Shown: positions 1-7,165 of the stretch, piece after piece
How the letters are laid out: each line of letters starts with the position of its first letter
Numbering within the stretch: the stretch's first letter is position 1
Source of the DNA: Promethearchaeota archaeon
GTDB lineage: Archaea; Asgardarchaeota; Hermodarchaeia; Hermodarchaeales; Hermodarchaeaceae
Direction of reading: 5' to 3'
Assembly (NCBI GenBank): GCA_048938295.1
Contig: JBHLMI010000051.1
Coordinates: 1 to 7,486, forward strand
Length of the DNA stretch: 7,486 nt
The notes under the pieces: generated by a model
Database searches by the model: none
The model's input: the letters and a program-made list of their open reading frames with translations, nothing else
Told to the model about the DNA's origin: nothing
Made by a program: the position numbers and the translations under genes

Positions 1-2
1 TT

Positions 3-893
3 CAACCTACGGATCCGTTAGGCAATTTTATCCAGTTGTTCATTCAATTTCTCATTGATTTACAGCTGATTCTGGGTCCCTTTTGGCCCATTCTCCGGCT
101 CGTCATCGTCTGGGTGATTCTTCTCGTCGTGGGTAGTCTTGTTATCCGGTTTGTTCGACGACGGGTGAAAAAACTTAGAGTGCCTCCGAACGCAGTCAAT
201 GGTATCGTGATGGCGCTTCGTCTCATCTTCGTGTGGCTTGGGGTCGTGGCTTTCGCTACCCTTCTTCCTCCTGAAATCCTTAACGTTGTCGGCGACATCA
301 CGGTTATTGTCGGTTTGGCGGTGGGTATCGCCCTCAGCCTGGCCATGCGGAATTTCGTTGCCGGATTATACGTGATGGTCACAGATCCCTTTAGTGTGGG
401 CGATTATGTGCGGATTGGCTCCAATGAGGGGATTGTCCTTGAAATCGGTCTCAACTATACACGGATCCGCCAACTGGACGGCACCATTGCGTTAATTCCC
501 AATGACAAAGTGATGTCCTCATCGGTGACGAACTTTCGGTTCGAACAGAAAATCCGACCCGAGGCAAAAGAAGCCCAAGAAGCCGAACAGGATGAGTCCA
601 TCCCCAAGCGAATCTGGAAAGCCTTGAGTAGAGCTGCGGATACCTCCAAGCTCATTCAATACGCCTTCGAATTAGATTTCCCGATCGCCCCAGGCCTTCG
701 ACACTATGAAGAAAAACTGCCTCCCATCATGAAACGTTGGACAACTAAATTCGGCTTCAAACCCGACTTCGTCCTCTCTTCAACCTCCAGCTTTGCCTTC
801 ACCTACACGTTTACTATCTTCGTTCAAGACCCAAAGCTCCTCTTAGATTATCGTTTCGACTTCATTGAAGATATTTCCCGAGCAGTATATTGA
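3..893 (+). CDS. mscS: Small-conductance mechanosensitive channel (MscS family), probably 5'-truncated by the window
   Basis: Three hydrophobic helices, a pore-helix-like GLAVGIAL...NFVAG and the MscS beta-domain pattern PFSVGDYVRIG..EGIVLEIGLNYTRIRQLDGTIALIPN...VTN. The ORF track starts at TTG 36, but the frame is open back to position 3 (QPTDPLGNFIQL...) and no SD precedes 36, so the true start is likely upstream. Ends in tandem stops TGA TAA (891-896). Confidence 0.9.
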   Translation, partial: QPTDPLGNFIQLFIQFLIDLQLILGPFWPILRLVIVWVILLVVGSLVIRFVRRRVKKLRVPPNAVNGIVMALRLIFVWLGVVAFATLLPPEILNVVGDITVIVGLAVGIALSLAMRNFVAGLYVMVTDPFSVGDYVRIGSNEGIVLEIGLNYTRIRQLDGTIALIPNDKVMSSSVTNFRFEQKIRPEAKEAQEAEQDESIPKRIWKALSRAADTSKLIQYAFELDFPIAPGLRHYEEKLPPIMKRWTTKFGFKPDFVLSSTSSFAFTYTFTIFVQDPKLLLDYRFDFIEDISRAVY

Positions 894-989
894 TAAACTG
901 ATACTTTCATCAAAGCAACAGGACTTGAGGGGCGCACCCTATGCTATGGAGGGGACGACCACGCTGTTCGATTTAATGTGATATAGAGA

Positions 990-1970
990 TTAATCATATA
1001 GATGACAGGCAACCCAGTGCTTCTTCTTAACTTCACAGAGTGGGGGTTCTTCTTCCACGCATAGTTCGAAGGCTTTAGGACATCGGGGATGAAAGTTGCA
1101 CCCAGAAGGAGGATTAATGGGGCTGGGAATCTCTCCCTTAGGAATCGCCTCTGCCTTCTTCACCTTCGGATCTGGCACGGGTATTGCCGCCATCAGACTA
1201 ACAGCATACGGATGAAGGGAATCCGTATAGATTTGGTCTTTATCAGCAATCTCTACTATCTTCCCCAGGTACATAATACCAATCCGGTCACAGATATGCC
1301 GTGCTGTGGCAAGATCATGAGAGATGAAAAGATAGGTCAGGCTATATTCATCCTGTAGATCTTTCATGAGTTCCAGAATCTGCGCTCGAACTGACACATC
1401 TACCATCGCAACGGGTTCATCAGTGACGACAAATTTGGGTTCAAGTATGATGGCTCGTCCAAGCACAACTCTCTGCTTTTGACCACCGCTGAGTTGATGA
1501 GGCAGCCTATCATAAAAGGAGCTAGCAGGGAAAAGGCCAACTCGTTCTAGAATTTTCATTGTTCGCTGCTTCTGTTCACTCTTTGAACCAATCCCTTGGA
1601 GCCGCAGTGCATCAGCAATAGCAGTTCCAATGGTCAATCGCGGATTGAGTGAAGAAGAAGGGTCTTGAAAAGTGAATTGAAGTCTCCGCTTTAGTAATCG
1701 TAATTGTTTTCCGCGAATCTTCGCTATGTCTTGGTCTTGAAAGAGAATTTGTCCGGCGGTGGGATCTATCAATCGTACGATCAGTCGTCCCGTAGTCGTC
1801 TTTCCTGAGCCACTCTCTCCTGCAAGGCCAAAAACTTCTCCTTCTTCTATTTCAAAGGAAATGTCATCTACTGCTTTGACGAATTCTTTTTGCCTGGTAA
1901 AAAGAGTATCAAGGAACCCTTTCTGGACCGGAAAATACTTCACGACATTCTTTACTTCAATTAACGGCAT
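990..1970 (-). CDS. dppF: Oligopeptide/dipeptide ABC transporter ATP-binding protein (DppF/OppF type)
   Basis: Walker A GESGSGKTT, Q-loop FQDPSSSLNP, signature LSGGQKQRV, Walker B VVTDEP, H-loop SHDL and the C-terminal oligopeptide-ATPase domain PSGCNFHPRCP...C...VACH. ATG lies 2 nt after the dppD stop. Confidence 0.95.
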   Translation of the reverse strand: MPLIEVKNVVKYFPVQKGFLDTLFTRQKEFVKAVDDISFEIEEGEVFGLAGESGSGKTTTGRLIVRLIDPTAGQILFQDQDIAKIRGKQLRLLKRRLQFTFQDPSSSLNPRLTIGTAIADALRLQGIGSKSEQKQRTMKILERVGLFPASSFYDRLPHQLSGGQKQRVVLGRAIILEPKFVVTDEPVAMVDVSVRAQILELMKDLQDEYSLTYLFISHDLATARHICDRIGIMYLGKIVEIADKDQIYTDSLHPYAVSLMAAIPVPDPKVKKAEAIPKGEIPSPINPPSGCNFHPRCPKAFELCVEEEPPLCEVKKKHWVACHLYD

Positions 1971-1972
1971 AG

Positions 1973-2983
1973 TTACGATCCCTCATAGAGATAGCATGCA
2001 ACGATCCCACCCGATGCACTCTTTATCAGTGGGGGTGGCGCCGTTGCACAAATTTCCATAGCATGTGGACATCGCGGTCTAAACATGCAACCTGGGAAAG
2101 GTTCGGTGAGGCTGGGTGGTGACCCAGGAATCCAGGAAAGTTGTCTATCTGGTTTTCTGACATCGGGAACTGATTGCAGCAAGGCTTGCGTATAGGGATG
2201 CTGGGGGGACTCGAACAATGCCTCCGTTGGAGCTATTTCCATGATTCTACCAGTGTACATGATTGCGATACTATCGGCTGTTTCAGCCAATACTCCCAAA
2301 TTATGCGTAATTAACATCATAGTAAGATTGAACTTGTCTTTGAGATTTGAGATTAGATCGAGAATCTGTGCCTCCACAATCACATCGAGTGAAGTAGTTG
2401 GCTCATCGGCAATCAACAGCTGTGGTGTCAAAGCAAGTCCCAAACCGATCATCACGCGTTGGCGCATTCCTCCACTGAACTGGTGGGGGTAGTCTAAGAC
2501 ACGTTCAGGAAGAATATCTAATGCCTCCAGGAGATCTTCGGCTCTGGTTTGTGCATCTTCTTTGGGAGTGTCTGGTTCGTGTGCTTTTATGATCTCAATA
2601 AAGTGTTGTCCAATTCTTTCCATTGGATTCAAAGAGGTCATAGGGTCTTGAAAGATATAAGCCAGTTTTTTGCCTCGAAGAGCCCTCATCTGGTCATCTT
2701 TAAGCTGCAGGAGATTTATTTGTCCTTTCTCGACAACACCATTCTCATACGGTACATCCTCATCAAGGTTGAGAAGAATTTCACCTTCAAGTATGCGACC
2801 TGGATAAGGAACAAGCCGGATAATCGATCGACCCAAAGTTGATTTTCCACAACCAGATTCTCCTGCAAGACCAAGGGTTTTATTCTCGTCCAGAGTTATA
2901 GAAACATTATCCACTGCCCGGGCGGTGCCTAACCGCGTTTTATATTCAACGGATAAGTTGTGGATTTCGAGAAGGGTAGGCAT
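1973..2983 (-). CDS. dppD: Oligopeptide/dipeptide ABC transporter ATP-binding protein (DppD/OppD type)
   Basis: Walker A GESGCGKST, FQDPMTSLNP, signature FSGGMRQRV, Walker B LIADEPTTSLD, THNLG and C-terminal GCMFRPRCP...C...VACY. ATG lies 6 nt after the dppC stop. Confidence 0.95.
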   Translation of the reverse strand: MPTLLEIHNLSVEYKTRLGTARAVDNVSITLDENKTLGLAGESGCGKSTLGRSIIRLVPYPGRILEGEILLNLDEDVPYENGVVEKGQINLLQLKDDQMRALRGKKLAYIFQDPMTSLNPMERIGQHFIEIIKAHEPDTPKEDAQTRAEDLLEALDILPERVLDYPHQFSGGMRQRVMIGLGLALTPQLLIADEPTTSLDVIVEAQILDLISNLKDKFNLTMMLITHNLGVLAETADSIAIMYTGRIMEIAPTEALFESPQHPYTQALLQSVPDVRKPDRQLSWIPGSPPSLTEPFPGCMFRPRCPHAMEICATAPPPLIKSASGGIVACYLYEGS

Positions 2984-2989
2984 TTCTAT

Positions 2990-4258
2990 CTAATCCTTAA
3001 GCATCGGTGTAAGTATTTCATTAAGTCCTTCACCAACCAGCGTAAATCCTAGTGCAAGAAGGACAATCATAATTCCAGGGAATGTGATAACCCACCACGC
3101 GCCAGTTATTAGTTGATGCCAGCCAAATGTCAAATCCCATCCCCAATCAGCAACATCAATCGGAAGACCCAAGCCAACAAATGTTAATCCCGCAGCAGTG
3201 AGAACGGCATCTGCGAAGTTAATCGACATCACGACAATGATTGAGGGTAAAGCGTTAGGAAGAACATATCTAAACATGGTATCTCGATCTCTAGCACCCA
3301 AGACTTTTGCGGCCTCGACATAAGGGAGTTCTTTGATTGTAAGAACTTGGCTTCGGAGCACCCTGAAGTAGGAAGGAATGTAAACGACGGCAATTGCAAA
3401 GGCCATGTTAACAACGCCTGGGCCAAGCATTGCAGCAATAGCGATTGCTAGAATCAGACCGGGGAATGCAAAGATAGCATCCATGACAAGGGATAGTGTT
3501 CGATCAAGTATTCCTCCCCTAAATGAGGAGAGAAGCCCCAATGGAACCCCGACAGAGAAACAAATGACCACTGAAAGAAATGCCACCTGTAACATGATCG
3601 CACCACCAGCAATGATTCTACTGAGTAAGTCTTGTCCTAAAGACGTGGTTCCTAAAGGGAAACCAGGGTGCGGAGGCCACAAGAGTGGTCCAACATTGAG
3701 GGTGAAAGGATCATAAGGCACAATCCAGTAGGAAATAACGGTCATATAGATGATAGCAAGTACCATCAACAACCCCGTGATGGTCAGAAACCCAGGGGAA
3801 CCCCTTTCTTTCAACCAGGAATATCGGAAGTAGAGAAAGAGTAGGATAATGCCTATCACAACACCACCCATTACAAAAACTGCCCAAAGATCAAACCATG
3901 CAAAGGGAAGAATGAAAATGCTTACAGGAATAGTGATGACGCCAAGTAAGCAAGTAACACCAATTAGAAACAGTGTCCCCATTCTTGGCGAGAAGGTTCC
4001 CTGGCGAATCAAAAGAGTCTGGAATAAACCCACGACTAGCATAGACACTCCGAAGAGTATAGTGCCCACGACAACCGGAATTCCCAAACCACCATTAGAC
4101 CTTGCAGCTAATATTATCAGACTGGCAACTAAAGTTATGGTGCCCCCCAGTATTACCCCCAGTACAATCCACCATAGTTTTGACCGATTCCGGAAGGGTT
4201 CTTGAACAAGTCTCAAGTAGATGAAAACACCGCTAATCGTTATGTCTTGTCCCATCAT
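2990..4258 (-). CDS. dppC: Oligopeptide/dipeptide ABC transporter permease (DppC/OppC type) with a long N-terminal membrane extension
   Basis: Core motifs PYDP...PP...PLGTTSLGQDLLSR, EAA loop PYVEAAKVLGA...YVLPN and WWVITFPG. The long start (ATG ATG at 4258/4255) is 9 nt after the dppB stop and is preceded by G-rich GGGCGGGT. Confidence 0.92.
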   Translation of the reverse strand: MMGQDITISGVFIYLRLVQEPFRNRSKLWWIVLGVILGGTITLVASLIILAARSNGGLGIPVVVGTILFGVSMLVVGLFQTLLIRQGTFSPRMGTLFLIGVTCLLGVITIPVSIFILPFAWFDLWAVFVMGGVVIGIILLFLYFRYSWLKERGSPGFLTITGLLMVLAIIYMTVISYWIVPYDPFTLNVGPLLWPPHPGFPLGTTSLGQDLLSRIIAGGAIMLQVAFLSVVICFSVGVPLGLLSSFRGGILDRTLSLVMDAIFAFPGLILAIAIAAMLGPGVVNMAFAIAVVYIPSYFRVLRSQVLTIKELPYVEAAKVLGARDRDTMFRYVLPNALPSIIVVMSINFADAVLTAAGLTFVGLGLPIDVADWGWDLTFGWHQLITGAWWVITFPGIMIVLLALGFTLVGEGLNEILTPMLKD

Positions 4259-4267
4259 TACCCGCCC

Positions 4268-5278
4268 TTAGTATCTTATTCGGGGATCAAGAACTGCGTA
4301 TAGAAGGTCGAGCACTAACGTAACAGCAGCTACTAGGATTGCATAAAATACGACCGTGCCCTGAATAGCTGTGTAGTCTCGATGCGCAATTCGATCAACT
4401 AAATAGGTTCCTAGACCTGGCCAACTGAATGTGGTCTCTGTCAGAACAGCCCCAGCAAGAAGAACAGCGAATTGGAGGCCAATCATTGTCAAGATTGGGA
4501 GGAATGCATTCCTGAGTGCATAACCGTAAGTGATTCTGGAGTCTGAAAGACCTCTGGCTTCTCCTGCAACGACGAAGTCTTTTCGAAGTGTCTCAATCAT
4601 GTTGGTTCTGGTTAAACGAATAAAAATCCCACAAAGTACGAGACCCAGAGTGACGGTAGGAAGTATAAGGTATCGTACAGATACCATGAACGCCCATAAA
4701 TTGCCAGTTAACAGGCTATCAATTGTGTAAAGACCCGTTATACGTTGTGGTGGGACGTAGTGGGGGTCAAATCTAGTCCCCGAAGGTAATACTTTCAGCC
4801 ATACTGCAAAGATAAGCTGAAAGATCATACCCAAGAAAAATACTGGAATCGCGTAGGTTATAATACCGAAAAGTCTGATTGAATGATCAGTAGGAGAATC
4901 ATATCTCTTCGATGAAAAGACTCCAAGGGCAATTCCGAGTAAGACCGCAAATAGCATGGAATAAATGGCCAATTCGAGTGTTGCAGGAAACCGGGCTATA
5001 AGATGAGTTACCACAGGTGAATAGTCCTGCATCGATAATCCGAAATTACCGACAAGAAGCCCCCCAAGATAAGTGATATACTGAATTGGAATGGGCTGAT
5101 CCAATCCTAAACGCCTCCGAAATTCAGCAAGGGCAGCAGGGTCCACTCGCCGCTCAAAATGCAATAGTGCCGGGTCACCAGGCATGACTCGGATGATGAT
5201 GAAGACGAACGTGAGAAGCAACAAAACCATTGGGATGGCCATTAGGATACGGGTGACCACATACGATTTTAGTGACAC
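4268..5278 (-). CDS. dppB: Oligopeptide/dipeptide ABC transporter permease (DppB/OppB type)
   Basis: N-terminus YVVTRIL...MPGDPA...GLDQPIPIQY, ARFPATLELA, EAA-like DFVVAGEARGL...ALRNA and C-terminal DLLYAVLDPRIRY. GTG start. Confidence 0.95.
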   Translation of the reverse strand: MSLKSYVVTRILMAIPMVLLLLTFVFIIIRVMPGDPALLHFERRVDPAALAEFRRRLGLDQPIPIQYITYLGGLLVGNFGLSMQDYSPVVTHLIARFPATLELAIYSMLFAVLLGIALGVFSSKRYDSPTDHSIRLFGIITYAIPVFFLGMIFQLIFAVWLKVLPSGTRFDPHYVPPQRITGLYTIDSLLTGNLWAFMVSVRYLILPTVTLGLVLCGIFIRLTRTNMIETLRKDFVVAGEARGLSDSRITYGYALRNAFLPILTMIGLQFAVLLAGAVLTETTFSWPGLGTYLVDRIAHRDYTAIQGTVVFYAILVAAVTLVLDLLYAVLDPRIRY

Positions 5279-5298
5279 TTGAATCCAACCTGTTTACC

Positions 5299-5306
5299 AA
5301 AGAAAA
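5299..5306 (-). terminator. Possible oligo-U archaeal terminator/attenuation site between dppA and dppB
   Basis: TTTTCTTT on the minus strand, within the only long (80 nt) spacer of the operon. Confidence 0.3.
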
Positions 5307-5358
5307 TGTGGGTGTCATCAGTTCCAATCAAGTCCTAGTTTAGGTTTATGGTTGTTAC

Positions 5359-7080
5359 CTAATAGTCGAACTTGGTTTGGTATCTGATGACACTTATTTC
5401 ATTGGTTTGGAGCGCCAAAAATGGACCTGTGGTTGCTGGTGCACCTATATAGATGAGCCATTGTCGGAAGTTAAGTGTGATATCCAAGATGACACCATGG
5501 ATGGTGGGTTTAGTAATTGCATAAGCACCACCCTGGAACAATGGAATCACTGAACATTCTTGGGCTTGAAGATCTTGTAGAGCATAATATGAAGTCTGTC
5601 TTCCTGAATCAGTTGTATTACTCCTGCCCCACACCCATAGGGTGTATTGCTGGACACCACCAGCGGGAGCTGTGTCATTGTAGTACATGTTAAGCCAAGT
5701 AGCAAATGGTAAGAACGCATAGTCATCGGGATCAATGTAGTCTGGATACCAGCCGTAGAGGAAGACTGGCATTGTACCAGCACTTCTTGCAGACCTGTAA
5801 CTCGCCCATTCGAGACTATGGAGGTTAACGGTCATTACACCGCTTGCCTCAAGGTTACTCTTGTAAAAGGCGGCTTGTTCAGCGCTTTGTGGATAGTGAC
5901 CTGAACTCTCATACCATAGGTCGACAGTTAGTTTGTTGGTTGAATTGTAGCCAAAGAGATCAAACACAGTTTGGGTGTAAGTGTAGTTTGCAGATCCATG
6001 AATCTCAAAGCTTGGTCTATGGTAGGCCATTCCCGCGGGGATGATGGTATACAGAGGCACTGAGGTGCCAAGGAATACTGTATTAACCAAGTCGGTTCGA
6101 TTCAACGCGGCTGCTATCCCTTGCCGGATCAGCGTTTCGTTGAAGGGATAAACTCTCTGTTGGAAGCACATATACTGTATAAATGTACCTACACCCTCCC
6201 AAACCCGTACACTAGGATTAGCCCGAAAAGCGTTAATCTGAGTTGCACTGAGCTGGCGGTACGCTACATCAATCTCACCAGCCGTCATCGCAGTTGCGAG
6301 AGCGGTGTCGGTTTCGTAGAATCTAATGATGAACGTGTCAGTCTTTGGTATCCCATTGGCAGTATCAAAGTAGCCGGGGTTTCTGACTAGTATTATCTCT
6401 TCATCGGTCCCACCGGTGCGCACCCAGCTTTGCAGAAGGTATGGACCAAGACCCAACGCATGGCTTGCACGGGGATCACCTGCCGTGTAATTCACCAATT
6501 CACCCATAGGTGCAATCGATGGATCGACTATGAAAGATCCTTGTGCAGCCAGTGTTTGTAAGAATGGAGCCCAGGGGAACTGCAAGTAGAACCTAACGGT
6601 ATAATCGCCGGTTACTGTCACATTATCAATGACGTCGGCTAAGCCGATACCAAGCTGGAACCCTTCAGAATGGTATATTCCGGTGCCTGTAAGGTTGCAG
6701 CTTCTATCAAAGGTGTACTTGACAACTGATGCGTTAAATGGAGCTCCATTTTCGAAGGTTAAACCTTGCCTCAGAGTAAAGTCGTATATTGTTCCACCGC
6801 CAGTTATTGTCCAACTCGTTGCCAATGTCGGTATGATATCGTCTGGTCCGGCTGACGACCCGGGGTCAATATCAACTAACCCGCAGCCGAGAGCACCAAT
6901 AATTGACCAACCGAAGTAATCGTATGCTCTAGCAGGATCAAGGACTGTCTCTATTGAGTCAGTAGTCCCCATGACGACTAGGTTGGCAATTGGTGGGGGT
7001 CTCAAGAAGACATAGACACCAACGCCACCTACGACAATGATAACTACCAACGCAATGGCAATCGCGTAGCTTCTTTTCAA
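5359..7080 (-). CDS. dppA: Family-5 ABC transporter solute-binding protein (DppA/OppA/NikA fold), membrane-anchored; substrate uncertain
   Basis: N-terminal MKR plus hydrophobic helix with no lipobox Cys. Family-5 pattern LATSW...YDFTLRQGLTFENG.PFNASVVKYTFDR, LGPY, RNPGY, IRQGIAAALNR and GWYPDYIDPD. TTG start 9 nt after AGGAGGT. Confidence 0.92.
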   Translation of the reverse strand: MKRSYAIAIALVVIIVVGGVGVYVFLRPPPIANLVVMGTTDSIETVLDPARAYDYFGWSIIGALGCGLVDIDPGSSAGPDDIIPTLATSWTITGGGTIYDFTLRQGLTFENGAPFNASVVKYTFDRSCNLTGTGIYHSEGFQLGIGLADVIDNVTVTGDYTVRFYLQFPWAPFLQTLAAQGSFIVDPSIAPMGELVNYTAGDPRASHALGLGPYLLQSWVRTGGTDEEIILVRNPGYFDTANGIPKTDTFIIRFYETDTALATAMTAGEIDVAYRQLSATQINAFRANPSVRVWEGVGTFIQYMCFQQRVYPFNETLIRQGIAAALNRTDLVNTVFLGTSVPLYTIIPAGMAYHRPSFEIHGSANYTYTQTVFDLFGYNSTNKLTVDLWYESSGHYPQSAEQAAFYKSNLEASGVMTVNLHSLEWASYRSARSAGTMPVFLYGWYPDYIDPDDYAFLPFATWLNMYYNDTAPAGGVQQYTLWVWGRSNTTDSGRQTSYYALQDLQAQECSVIPLFQGGAYAITKPTIHGVILDITLNFRQWLIYIGAPATTGPFLALQTNEISVIRYQTKFDY

Positions 7081-7089
7081 ATCGAAGTT

Positions 7090-7096
7090 ACCTCCT
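7090..7096 (-). promoter_or_regulatory. Shine-Dalgarno sequence of dppA
   Basis: AGGAGGT on the minus strand, 9 nt before the TTG start at 7080. Confidence 0.8.
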
Positions 7097-7165
7097 ATAG
7101 GAAATGGTTTGCTCTCGACAAAAGATGCTAAACCATGTCCAAGAGCTTCCTATGGCTGCTGTTGA

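Noticed and set aside
44-655. Minus-strand ORFs 44-382 and 455-655
   Set aside because: Antisense shadows of mscS with no recognisable motifs and Thr/Arg/Ser-biased composition.
958-980. GTTCGATT resembling a tRNA T-loop
   Set aside because: No T-stem (CGCTG does not pair with TAATG), and no acceptor or D arm.
3-1970. mscS looks slightly more GC-rich than dppF, a possible sign of foreign origin
   Set aside because: The few lines I counted overlap in range (about 47-55% against 42-50%), and there are no flanking repeats, integrase or tRNA to suggest an island.
5285-5330. Hammerhead-like or C/D-box-like motif CTGATGA...AAAC on the minus strand of the dppA-dppB spacer
   Set aside because: A hammerhead needs GAAA with the catalytic G12 (here TAAAC) and a matching stem III with a UH site; neither is present. 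There is no downstream CTGA D box for a C/D guide.
1089-6919. Short ORFs overlapping the dpp genes (1089-1358, 1759-2061, 2241-2492, 2549-2842, 3229-3438, 3405-3716, 3849-4205, 4530-4730, 5547-5783, 5844-6044, 6121-6390, 6629-6919)
   Set aside because: All are fully nested in well-supported genes, on the opposite strand or in another frame, and have no motifs or SD. This is the expected shadow-frame pattern.
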